From positions 1-24,441 of the IMG/VR virus record IMGVR_UViG_3300009077_000017: a stretch of 24,441 nt of DNA; one strand, 5' to 3'. Of the stretch, positions 1 to 8,971 are shown one piece after another; position 1 is the first letter of the stretch; each line of letters starts with the position of its first letter. The notes beneath the pieces are model-generated. The model was not told where the DNA came from, did no database searches, and saw nothing but the letters and a program-made list of their open reading frames with translations. The position numbers were made by a program, and so were the translations under genes. Source of the DNA: a virus. Its lineage: Duplodnaviria > Caudoviricetes.

Positions 1-2
1 AA

Positions 3-1694
3 TCTAATGAACTTGATGAAATGAAAGAAGGGGATCGCCCCGTTTGGTTATCAGTTTGGGTTGACAACAGAATTTTGCCTGGCGGTGTGCATGATAGCAA
101 AGAAGCTGGTATGAAATTTATGGTCTACGGCGATGGACCAGATGGACATCATTTAGTAAAAACAACTAGAAAAGTCTTAGGCAAAAAGCGCGCAGGGCAG
201 TTTGTCCCACGTTCCGTTGGAAAGCATTTAGACAAACAACCTTTTCCATACGATGATGGCCCGCAATATTCTGTACATAAAGAATCTGTTGAACTTGATG
301 AATCAGTTTATGATAAAAAGTTGGCACAGGCTTGGAAAAAAGTTAAATCTGTACCCAATGTGCGTGGTATAAGTAATTCTGGTCAAAATCATGCAAAGAA
401 ATTATCTTCTTTGTTAAAAGGTAGTCCTGATAAACTTACATTTGAGAAATTAGAATTGGCTCTTGGTACTTATGAGACTCACGCATATAAGGCTGCCGAA
501 GATAAGAAAAATCCTCATGGAAAAGAAGACCTACCAAAACTACAGGAATTTTGTGATTCGGTAGATGAAGTTATCGGTGCAATGAAAAATCTGCATCAGA
601 GTCAACTTTCTGAAGGTTTCTTGGACACTATGAAACAATTAGTGCCAGGTGCTAGAGGAAAACCACAGAAACCACAGAAAATTCAGAAAAGAACTGCCAT
701 GGAAATGCAGTTCCCATATGCCCGTTTATCAGTTCATAGAATGATAGTAGCTTTACGAAAAGCAAAGGGCACTGCTATGAAGGGTAAAGCGCAGGGGAAA
801 GACCGTAGAGAAAACGAAAGAAGTTTAGGTTTTATTTTAGCTCATGTTGAAGATATAGCAAGAAATCGGCACACCGAACAACCAAACAGTGGCAGGCAGA
901 TTCATGATGATGGGAATATAGATGATGCAACCCAACAATATTTTATGGACAAAATTAGACAAAACGATTGGACAAAAACTGATCAGGAAATTTTAAATGC
1001 TATGGTTGGTAACGGAACAGATGACTATACAAAAGGTGGTGCATATTTCAAGAATTTGGCCCACGATATTGCTCTTTCAGTAAAGTATGCAAAGAAAGAT
1101 GCTGGTATTAAAGAATCAGTTGAACTTGATGAACTGTCTCCTAAAACCAAAAAGTCTTACAAGGATAAGGCTACTAGATCAATTGGTAATGAGAAAAAAT
1201 ATTCTGACTCATATTCAGATGCCTCTAAGTCGGATCCAGATAATCCAACATATAAGAGTCGTGCAGACCAACACAAACGCAAATTAAAAAATCGTATGGC
1301 GGGTGTCAAACAGGCAGATGAATCTACTCTAGGTGAATTATCCATGACAAAATCAGATTTGACTAAGACTGGCATGAGAGTCGATAGTAAAAAAATGGCA
1401 GAACTCAAAAAAGAACTTATGAAACTTAAAAAAGGTTTGAAAGTTAAAATGGAAGAATATATTGTCGAGTCTGCTTATTTTGAAGATGAAACAATGGAGA
1501 TGGTGGCGAGAGACTTGATGATTATGCAAAACAAAATTCTAGACCTTGTAGAAATTATGGATGACGATGGTATGGGTGGTGTTGATTCTCAGCCGATTAG
1601 TCTCGAACCTTGGGTAGTTGCAAAAATTACTAAAGCAAAAGATTATTTAGATTCTATTCACGATTACACAGTCATGGATAATGAAAATGAGTGA
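3..1694 (+). CDS. Large modular putative head-internal (poly)protein, 5'-truncated
   Basis: Frame is open to the window edge (SNELDE precedes Met at 21), so the true start is probably upstream. KESVELDE linkers at 279-302 and 1110-1133 separate basic modules. C-terminal LEPWVVAKITKAKDYLDSIHDY motif recalls T4-like phage hypotheticals. Confidence 0.75.
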   Translation, partial: SNELDEMKEGDRPVWLSVWVDNRILPGGVHDSKEAGMKFMVYGDGPDGHHLVKTTRKVLGKKRAGQFVPRSVGKHLDKQPFPYDDGPQYSVHKESVELDESVYDKKLAQAWKKVKSVPNVRGISNSGQNHAKKLSSLLKGSPDKLTFEKLELALGTYETHAYKAAEDKKNPHGKEDLPKLQEFCDSVDEVIGAMKNLHQSQLSEGFLDTMKQLVPGARGKPQKPQKIQKRTAMEMQFPYARLSVHRMIVALRKAKGTAMKGKAQGKDRRENERSLGFILAHVEDIARNRHTEQPNSGRQIHDDGNIDDATQQYFMDKIRQNDWTKTDQEILNAMVGNGTDDYTKGGAYFKNLAHDIALSVKYAKKDAGIKESVELDELSPKTKKSYKDKATRSIGNEKKYSDSYSDASKSDPDNPTYKSRADQHKRKLKNRMAGVKQADESTLGELSMTKSDLTKTGMRVDSKKMAELKKELMKLKKGLKVKMEEYIVESAYFEDETMEMVARDLMIMQNKILDLVEIMDDDGMGGVDSQPISLEPWVVAKITKAKDYLDSIHDYTVMDNENE

Positions 1695-2067
1695 TGATAT
1701 TGATTTCGGTTTTACCGCCGTTGATGAGGACGACCTAAAAGGCCTCACAGGACAGACAGAAAGAACAGAAGAGGTGTCTGAAAAATTAGACGCTTCTTCC
1801 GAGCAAGTAAAACTGCTAGAATATAAAATGGATAATGTTGTCGGTAAACTTGACGATATGTTAGACGAAGTTTCAACAGTCAAGGAATATTACGAAAGCG
1901 AAAAAGTTTTGGTTGGAAACAAACTCAATGAGGTCGAAGAGTTGATTTTACCATTACTAAATAATCTTATGAAGAACAAAGATAAAGAATATATCTATTG
2001 GCCAAACCGCGAAGCGATTATCAACCAACAAATCGAACGCATCACAAACATAACGAGAGCGAACTAA
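1687..2067 (+). CDS. Conserved T4-like hypothetical coiled-coil protein
   Basis: Acidic coiled-coil ORF with DFGFTAVDE N-terminus and KEYIYWPNR motif; overlaps both neighbours. Start at 1681 or 1687. Confidence 0.75.
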   Translation: MSDDIDFGFTAVDEDDLKGLTGQTERTEEVSEKLDASSEQVKLLEYKMDNVVGKLDDMLDEVSTVKEYYESEKVLVGNKLNEVEELILPLLNNLMKNKDKEYIYWPNREAIINQQIERITNITRAN

Positions 2068-5000
2068 TGAAAAAACTTGTATTTTCTTTTGGTAGATTTA
2101 ATCCCCCAACAACAGGACATGAAGTGTTGTTGAAAAAAGTTGTTGCAGTCGCCAAGAAAGAAAATGCGGATGCAATGGTTTATTCGAGTCAATCAAATGA
2201 CCCTAAGAAAAATCCATTACCATACAAAGAAAAAACTAAATTTATGAAGGCAATGTTTCCTAAACATAAAAAGGTTATTCAGTATGATGTTGGTGTTAAG
2301 AACGCATTTGATACTCTATCCACCGTATATGCCAAAGGTTATAGAGATGTGACTATGGTTGTGGGGTCGGACAGAGTTACAGAGTTTGAAAAAATATTAA
2401 ACAAGTATAATGATGTCGAAGGTAGACATGGATATTATAATTTTGAGAGTGGTGTTAAAGTAGTATCCGCCGGTGCTCGCGATCCAGATGCAGAAGGCGT
2501 TACTGGTATGTCAGCATCTAAAATGAGAGCAGCCGCTGCCGCAAATGACTTTGAGAGTTTCGAAAAAGGTATGCCAGCTGGATTTAAGGGTGGACAGAGT
2601 GTTTTCGATGCAGTTAGAAAAGGTATGAATCTTTCCGAAGAAATGATGGAATTTATGGAATCAGATATAGAAGGTTTGCGAGAATTTTTCGAAACAGATT
2701 TGGTAAATAGTTTAGATGTTATCGATGACGAAGAATTATTCGAATCTATTGACGAAGATTTTGGTGCAGTGCCCGATTTCGCAACTATGCTTGCGTTTGG
2801 TATGGCTGCGAAAATGAGTTTTGATGCCGTTAAAATGTTAGTAAAAACTGCTAGGGGTGTGAATAAGGTCAGAAAATGGGCAAAGAGAAACGGTAACAAA
2901 CTCCGCGACAAGGTAAACCCTGCTCCAAATTTCACACAATTCGAATCTTTGAATGAAAACCAATTGGGCAGATATGCCACGGCCGCTCGTGCAATGACAA
3001 AAAGAGATAATGCTGCTAAAGATGCGGTGCAAGCCGCTGGCGGTAAAGACCCCAGAACAAACGAACCCAAAACGCCAGAAGAATGGATGGCTCGCCGCGA
3101 GTATCACTTGAAGTATGCAGCGAGAAAGGGTATGACCCAACCAATGAAAGATTTGATTAGTAGAAAAACGATGGGGATACACAAAAAATCTGCATCAGAA
3201 TGTCGAGAAATTCATAATATAATAACAGGAACCAGAATGGATGCAATGGGTAACTGGAAACCAAATGAAAAGCTTGCAGTTCGTGAATACCCACACAGCA
3301 CCCCTGATCATATCACAAGAGAATATAATAAAAAAAAGCAACAGTATAGAAAACGATTACAAAGTTTACAGACAAGTGAACTTGAAGACACTAAAGATTT
3401 GAAACGCAAAACAGAAAAACCGTGGTATGCTGCCATGAAAAAACATTTTGCCAGTCACGGATACATTTCTGATGTACCAAAACCCGACCCATTAGACTTT
3501 GGAATTACTTGGAAGATTGGGAGCGATGGCCAAATGCCCCATAGACCATATATGGAATCTGTTCAAAATGGACTAATTGGTTTAGACCAAATCAAAAAAT
3601 TTGAAAGTGTTGTAGACAAACTATTCGCAAAGTATGATATTGATTTTAATTTCACTAGACATTTTGGTGATAGAATGGATGATAGTCGTAATAACCCAAG
3701 TATCACATTAAAAGAGCTTGCAGAGTTTATCAAGAAAATGTATAAGAGACAGGGTAAGTCTATTAAGGGTGTCGCTGGTGCCGAAGCGGTACTGAAAGAC
3801 ATTCAGTCGGACTTGAACATTCCAGTTGCGGTGACATATGATAGAAACAACGACGAATTTGACGTAGTGTTGAAAACAATCATGCGTAAGAAAAATTTCA
3901 CGTCACCCGACAAAATAATTAAATACGAGGAAAATGATATGACCAACCAACTTCCCGAAGGTTTTATGGACGCCATTCTAGGCAAAAATATGAAAATGAA
4001 TGAATCTAGAGTCAAAAACGTGGTAAGAGGAATGGGGGTTGATCCTGATCTTGTAATGAGAGGAATGGGAAAAGGTCCACATGCCGCAAAAGATAAGGCA
4101 AGAGCAGCGAAAGAACCGAAAAAGACATTGAAATCTAGGGCTAAGAATGTAGCAAGAGGTATGGGTGTTGATCCAGATAATGTAATGAGAGGAATGGGTT
4201 TCAAAGAAGCTTCAGAACTTGATGAACTTAAAATCGACATGCCTAAAAAAGGCGCAGGACTTGGCATTACCAGAGACAAAATGCCTCAAGTCGACGAGAA
4301 AGACTATCCAGAGTATTTTGCATATCTAAAAGAAAAGGGTATCACTCTGAAAAAAGGCAAAGAAGATCCTAATAAACTGAAACCAATTCAAAAAGAATTT
4401 GCAAAAATTGGTGTGGAAAAATCTCTTGATAAAATGCTTGCCAAAAAAGACAATGCAAAATTTATTATCGTTTCGAAAGATGATTATATTGTCGATGGAC
4501 ACCACAGATGGTTGGCTGCGAAAAACGGTAGACAACAGTTGAATGTTATGCGAGCAAATGTAAACATGAAAGAATTGTTGAAAGCGACTAACGAATTCCC
4601 AAAAACAACTTTTAAGAGTATTAAAAATGTTGTAAAAAATATGCAAGAAGTTAGACAAGACTCTGACGTCAAAGATAAAAAGGGTACTCAACCTTCAAAA
4701 TATTATGCGGCAGATGCAGATGGCGATAAGATGTCAAAATCTACAAAAGAGAAACGCGCTGCATATTTCGCAAAGGGTGGTTCTAAAAAACCAGCTCCGG
4801 GCGATAAAGGAGCTAAGACAAAAGAATCCAAACATACAAAAAGATATAGAAAAATGTTTGGAGAAACAAAACCATGTTGGGATGGTTATACTCAACAGGG
4901 AATGAAAAAGAAGGGCGGTAAGATGGTCCCAAATTGTGTACCAAAAGAAGAAGCGATTGATGAGAAAGATGTTAAAATTCCAGTAGAACTATTAAAGTTA

Positions 5001-5789
5001 TATAATCTTGGAATGAAACTTCCTGTTGGTACTGCAAAACATAAAGAAGTTATGAAACAGATTGATGTTATGAGAAAGAAATTTGGTATCACAGAAAAAC
5101 AAGATAAGGATATTAAAGACAAGAAGGGAACTCAACCAGCCAAGTATATAGATGAGAATGCAACAAAGTCACTACAAAAGAAAGCAGATGCTTCTGGTAT
5201 TTCGCTTAGTATTCTGAAAAAGGTATATGACAGGGGTATGGCAGCATGGAAATCTGGCCACCGGCCAGGGACAACCGCACAACAATGGGCATTTGCAAGA
5301 GTCAATTCTTTTGTGACAAAGGGCAAAGGTACATGGGGTAAGGCAGATAAAGATCTTGCCGCAAAAGTCAGGTCGGAATCTTTTTTACCTTTCAATGAGA
5401 AGTTAGATCCGAATAAAGATGATATGAGCGATTATGTCAAAGATTTCAAAAAATCTAAGGCTCCACAATTCAAAGGAAAATCTGACGACAAAAGGAAACA
5501 AATGGCAGTCGCGGCATATTTAGCTGCTAAAGAAAAGACTGAGTCTGTTGACGAAGATAGAGACTATAAGAAAGAGCGTAAAAATTACTTGGGTACTCCT
5601 GAGCAAATGGAAAGAAACGCTGCCCGTAGTCGTGCCAGACGCTTGGCGATTAAAAAAGGAATTGCAGAACGGGGTGATGGAAGAGATATTCACCATAAAG
5701 ATAATAATCCTATGAATAACGATCCAAAAAATCTCTCAAGTGTGACTCAGAAATATAATCGTAGCGAACCTAGAAAACGTAACAAATAA
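2067..5789 (+). CDS. 1240-aa multidomain protein: N-terminal HIGH-family nucleotidyltransferase (phage cytidylyltransferase-like), putative BECR/RNase-like module, ParB/Srx-like domain, small modules, C-terminal HNH-like domain
   Basis: ATG 2067 coupled to the upstream TAA (TAATG). Motifs: FGRFNPPTTGH, VVGSDR, MSASKMR; FTRHFGDRMDDSRN; LKPIQKE...IVDGHHRW; CWDGY...VPNCVP; VYDRGMAAW...QQWAFARVNSF; DIHHKDNNPMNNDPKNL...YNRS. Confidence 0.85.
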   Translation: MKKLVFSFGRFNPPTTGHEVLLKKVVAVAKKENADAMVYSSQSNDPKKNPLPYKEKTKFMKAMFPKHKKVIQYDVGVKNAFDTLSTVYAKGYRDVTMVVGSDRVTEFEKILNKYNDVEGRHGYYNFESGVKVVSAGARDPDAEGVTGMSASKMRAAAAANDFESFEKGMPAGFKGGQSVFDAVRKGMNLSEEMMEFMESDIEGLREFFETDLVNSLDVIDDEELFESIDEDFGAVPDFATMLAFGMAAKMSFDAVKMLVKTARGVNKVRKWAKRNGNKLRDKVNPAPNFTQFESLNENQLGRYATAARAMTKRDNAAKDAVQAAGGKDPRTNEPKTPEEWMARREYHLKYAARKGMTQPMKDLISRKTMGIHKKSASECREIHNIITGTRMDAMGNWKPNEKLAVREYPHSTPDHITREYNKKKQQYRKRLQSLQTSELEDTKDLKRKTEKPWYAAMKKHFASHGYISDVPKPDPLDFGITWKIGSDGQMPHRPYMESVQNGLIGLDQIKKFESVVDKLFAKYDIDFNFTRHFGDRMDDSRNNPSITLKELAEFIKKMYKRQGKSIKGVAGAEAVLKDIQSDLNIPVAVTYDRNNDEFDVVLKTIMRKKNFTSPDKIIKYEENDMTNQLPEGFMDAILGKNMKMNESRVKNVVRGMGVDPDLVMRGMGKGPHAAKDKARAAKEPKKTLKSRAKNVARGMGVDPDNVMRGMGFKEASELDELKIDMPKKGAGLGITRDKMPQVDEKDYPEYFAYLKEKGITLKKGKEDPNKLKPIQKEFAKIGVEKSLDKMLAKKDNAKFIIVSKDDYIVDGHHRWLAAKNGRQQLNVMRANVNMKELLKATNEFPKTTFKSIKNVVKNMQEVRQDSDVKDKKGTQPSKYYAADADGDKMSKSTKEKRAAYFAKGGSKKPAPGDKGAKTKESKHTKRYRKMFGETKPCWDGYTQQGMKKKGGKMVPNCVPKEEAIDEKDVKIPVELLKLYNLGMKLPVGTAKHKEVMKQIDVMRKKFGITEKQDKDIKDKKGTQPAKYIDENATKSLQKKADASGISLSILKKVYDRGMAAWKSGHRPGTTAQQWAFARVNSFVTKGKGTWGKADKDLAAKVRSESFLPFNEKLDPNKDDMSDYVKDFKKSKAPQFKGKSDDKRKQMAVAAYLAAKEKTESVDEDRDYKKERKNYLGTPEQMERNAARSRARRLAIKKGIAERGDGRDIHHKDNNPMNNDPKNLSSVTQKYNRSEPRKRNK
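4005..4199 (+). repeat. Intragenic 22-aa direct repeat (two copies)
   Basis: SRVKNVVRGMGVDPDLVMRGMG (4005-4070) and SRAKNVARGMGVDPDNVMRGMG (4134-4199). Confidence 0.9.
4656..5147 (+). repeat. Intragenic 16-aa repeat (two copies)
   Basis: QDSDVKDKKGTQPSKY (4656-4703) and QDKDIKDKKGTQPAKY (5100-5147). Confidence 0.85.
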
Positions 5790-5794
5790 AAATA

Positions 5795-5802
5795 TATAAA
5801 TA
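5795..5802 (+). promoter_or_regulatory. T4-type late promoter
   Basis: Exact TATAAATA in the intergenic gap, then GGAG RBS (5817-5820) and ATG 5828. Confidence 0.85.
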
Positions 5803-5827
5803 ATAAAAAACAAATCGGAGAAATTAC

Positions 5828-8413
5828 ATGTTAGAAGATATCAAAGCAGAAGATGTTGCATCATTTATAACTGCTGCGTCTGCCGCAAAAAAAGCGGGAA
5901 AAAAGAAATTTTCTATTGGAGGCAAAACCTATCCAGTGACTATTGGTAAGGCACTAGAACAACGTGTTGCAGAAATGTCAGAAGATGATATTATAGAACT
6001 TAACGACAAAAAGAAATCTAAGTATCTTACTGCAATGAAGGCTCGTTTGAATAAAGAAGATACAGGAATTTCTATTGCTAGAAAAATGATGCAAATTACA
6101 TCGATGCGTCACCTCGCAGAAATAATTGCAGAAATGGAAATCATTACTCTGGATGAATTGCAATCTATAGTATCTGAAGATTTGAAAATTGCTGCCCGAT
6201 CTCTTTTCCTAGAAAACCTAGAAGAGTCTGAAGAAATTGTCGAGACAGAAAACAATTCTACCGATTTTGATTTTGACGGCGTTATGGTGCGTATCACCAG
6301 AAACAATTTCGACAATCTTGACGAAGATATGAAAAACAACACAGTAAACGAAGAAACCGTTTCGATTGATGGTGTCCATATGCCCGTTTTATTTGTCGCA
6401 GAAACAAGACAAATGAAAGACGTTAAAAATGAAATTATGGTACAACTTAAAGGCAAAGTAAAAGTCATCGACAAAAAAGATGAAAAGAAATATCTTGCTA
6501 TGGGATATACTCTTGCTGAATGCATGGAACTTCAAATAGAAGCTGCATCCCCAGAAAAGATTATGAAAGATATTGCAGCACTTGAAAAAATGCTTACAAA
6601 GTTTGGTGGAAATTCTTCTGCTGTTAAGATGAAAAAAGTCGCTCTTGAAAGAAAGATTGCAAAACTTGAAAAAGAATTAGAAAATATGGATGAAGCAACT
6701 CAGGAAGCTTATGGTAACTATAAGAAAAAACTCAAAGAGTATGGGTATGGTCCTGCAAAGAAAAAAAAGAAAATGAAAGAAAGTGCCGAGGACTATAAAG
6801 ATCATATGATGTATGATCCGAAAACTGGTAAAGGTAGAATGACAACCTCTTACGAAGATCATCTTGCTCTGAAGGATAAGGGTTGGGGTCATGAAAAACC
6901 AACCAGTGAATCTTATGGTAAAATGAACGCAAGTAAAATGTCCTCCAAAGAAAAGGCAAAGGCCCGCGCACTCTCAAAGGCCGACAGAGAGGCACAACCT
7001 AAAGATAAAGTATCTCTGAAAAAGGCGCCTTGGGATAAAAAGATGAAAGAAGATTTTGTCAAACAGATGAATATCATTGTTGAGGGCGGAGAACTGGAAC
7101 AATCTATAGAAGAGTCTATGTCACCAAAACAAATTGATATGCTTAAAAAGTCTTATGAATCTATGCGCGGAAAAAGAATTTCTGTCGAAAATGGGATGAA
7201 ACTTTCAAAGACACTGGAAAAATTGGATAAAGAAAGTGCTATTGCAATCGCAAAAGCAGATATTCCTTTTATGTCTAATCTTGCAATAAATAAATTGATT
7301 ATGAACTTTGGCATGTCTGGTGCTGATATCAAAAAAGCAATGAAAGAGTCTGTTGAACTTGATGAAATGCGTGAACCCTATGCAGTTGTTGATACTGCTG
7401 CCGGTAACAAAGTTGTTGGAACTGCATCTGATGAAAAGGGCGCCAAGTCAATCATCACAAGTGCAGAACTTCCCCCAATGAAAATCAAAGACAAAAAGAC
7501 TTTGAAGATTGTTAAGGTGAAGAAGAAACAAATGATTGGTTATCCTATTAAAGAGTCTGTTGAACTTGATGAGTCTGCCGGAGATATGGAAAAGGCTGCT
7601 GCAGAATTAGAGGCTTATGCAAAGAAAAATGGTGGAATGGACAAAAATACATTTATGAGAGTTGCAAATCTTTTAAAGACTGGCCATCCAGATAAACTGA
7701 AATCTTATGTCAATAATATAGATACGGAACCCAGAGAATATGTTGCAATGCTTTTGAAAAAACATATCGGTAAAAAATCAACAGAAAAAATGATGGACAT
7801 TAAGTTTCGCGGCGAATCTATTTCATGGGAAGACGCAGAAACTTTGCGGGCCGCCGGTGTTAAACTTGATGAAATCTCAAGTGATATGAAAAAAAGATAT
7901 AATAAGGCTGCTCTAAAAGACAGAGACCAACAGAAAAATACTTTAAAGAGAGCAGATGATGTGGGTTCAAAAGTTGTAGATGGTGCTGTTACAGATAAGG
8001 CCTCGCCAAGTCAAACCAATAGTAGATTTGCAAAATTGGGTAAAATCAAACAAAAAGCAAACAGAAAATTGGCAAATCGTCGGAAAGGACTTGCAACGCC
8101 AGGCAAGGGATCGACAACAAAAGTGAAAGACTATTTCGGAATGGCTGAAGAAATCTCTGGTACAGGATATGAACTATATCACAAAACTTTGGGTAGTGCG
8201 ATTGATACTGCAATAACACATGCAAAACTGAAGTTTGGTATTGATATTACACCAGATGAAAGAATGGAAGTAGTTGGTATGGGTCCTAGAAAACCGTCTA
8301 ATGGTAAGACAAATACTTACAGATTGATGGGTAATAAAGGAAAAGCCATTCAAGTACAAGTTTATAATCGTGGCGGATCACGTCCATACGAATTGAATAT
8401 GTATAAGGAGTAA
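5828..8413 (+). CDS. 861-aa modular putative head-internal (poly)protein
   Basis: Late promoter and RBS. Lys-rich modules separated by KESVELDE (7343-7366, 7550-7573), VKLDE, SIEE, TVNEE and similar linkers. Confidence 0.8.
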   Translation: MLEDIKAEDVASFITAASAAKKAGKKKFSIGGKTYPVTIGKALEQRVAEMSEDDIIELNDKKKSKYLTAMKARLNKEDTGISIARKMMQITSMRHLAEIIAEMEIITLDELQSIVSEDLKIAARSLFLENLEESEEIVETENNSTDFDFDGVMVRITRNNFDNLDEDMKNNTVNEETVSIDGVHMPVLFVAETRQMKDVKNEIMVQLKGKVKVIDKKDEKKYLAMGYTLAECMELQIEAASPEKIMKDIAALEKMLTKFGGNSSAVKMKKVALERKIAKLEKELENMDEATQEAYGNYKKKLKEYGYGPAKKKKKMKESAEDYKDHMMYDPKTGKGRMTTSYEDHLALKDKGWGHEKPTSESYGKMNASKMSSKEKAKARALSKADREAQPKDKVSLKKAPWDKKMKEDFVKQMNIIVEGGELEQSIEESMSPKQIDMLKKSYESMRGKRISVENGMKLSKTLEKLDKESAIAIAKADIPFMSNLAINKLIMNFGMSGADIKKAMKESVELDEMREPYAVVDTAAGNKVVGTASDEKGAKSIITSAELPPMKIKDKKTLKIVKVKKKQMIGYPIKESVELDESAGDMEKAAAELEAYAKKNGGMDKNTFMRVANLLKTGHPDKLKSYVNNIDTEPREYVAMLLKKHIGKKSTEKMMDIKFRGESISWEDAETLRAAGVKLDEISSDMKKRYNKAALKDRDQQKNTLKRADDVGSKVVDGAVTDKASPSQTNSRFAKLGKIKQKANRKLANRRKGLATPGKGSTTKVKDYFGMAEEISGTGYELYHKTLGSAIDTAITHAKLKFGIDITPDERMEVVGMGPRKPSNGKTNTYRLMGNKGKAIQVQVYNRGGSRPYELNMYKE
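7343..7572 (+). repeat. Identical 23-bp direct repeats flanking a protein module (207-bp period)
   Basis: AAAGAGTCTGTTGAACTTGATGA at 7343-7365 and 7550-7572. Confidence 0.9.
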
Positions 8414-8418
8414 TTCTG

Positions 8419-8709
8419 TTGGAGAAGATAGTGGAACAACATAGAAAACTTCGAGAGAAAATTTTTGACCGTATGTTTTCTGGTAGTAAATCAAAAAAAG
8501 ATGATGGTACTAGATCACAGGCAGATCGAACAATGAAAAAGTATGCTCCTAAAAAGTGGGCAGCTGAACTCAAACGTCGAAAAGAAGCTGAAGGCGCCGG
8601 TGATGATGCCCCCAAAATGAAAACACATAGTCATAAAAAGTCTGACAAGGGCGCAAAGAATATACCGCACACCCATACAACAGACCATACTCACAAAACT
8701 ATAAGATAA
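8419..8709 (+). CDS. Small basic hypothetical protein
   Basis: TTG start preceded by AAGGAG (8405-8410); fills the gap between co-oriented genes; His/Lys-rich tail. Confidence 0.65.
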   Translation: MEKIVEQHRKLREKIFDRMFSGSKSKKDDGTRSQADRTMKKYAPKKWAAELKRRKEAEGAGDDAPKMKTHSHKKSDKGAKNIPHTHTTDHTHKTIR

Positions 8710-8712
8710 ATA
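8705..8712 (+). promoter_or_regulatory. Possible late promoter variant
   Basis: GATAAATA ahead of an AAGGA RBS and ATG 8742. Confidence 0.5.
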
Positions 8713-8741
8713 TAACACAATCACTAAGAAGGAAAAAACAA

Positions 8742-8951
8742 ATGGCAGATCTACCAAGATGGGCTAAACCCCAAAAATGGATGAAAAATCCTGTAGCAAC
8801 AAATGCTGGATGGAAAGATTCAGTAACAGGAGAACTCCTGTCTGGTCACAGAGGTCTCAAATCAAAAATTGATGCTTTGACTCCTGCTCCTGTAGCAAAA
8901 AAAGAAACTCCCGCTCCAAAGAAAAAGGCTTCTAAGAAAAAAGAAGACTAA
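8742..8951 (+). CDS. Small hypothetical protein with Lys/Pro-rich tail
   Basis: AAGGA RBS; PVATNAGWKDSVTGELL motif; KKKASKKKED tail. Confidence 0.75.
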   Translation: MADLPRWAKPQKWMKNPVATNAGWKDSVTGELLSGHRGLKSKIDALTPAPVAKKETPAPKKKASKKKED

Positions 8952-8971
8952 TATAATAAGTAAGTGAAAAT

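Noticed and set aside
1998-2066. ORF-track start at 1998 for the 1263-aa protein
   Set aside because: Overlaps the upstream gene by 70 nt; ATG 2067 is stop-coupled and begins the NTase fold. Track starts 16400 and 19555 were likewise moved to 16436 and 19579.
5559-5789. HNH domain as a mobile homing endonuclease, intron or intein
   Set aside because: Short in-frame terminal module after a Glu linker; no intein splice residues or intron interruption seen.
279-7573. ESVELDE repeats as a CRISPR array or attC-type sites
   Set aside because: Irregular spacing of hundreds to thousands of bp, in-frame coding, non-palindromic, and no cas or integrase gene in the window.
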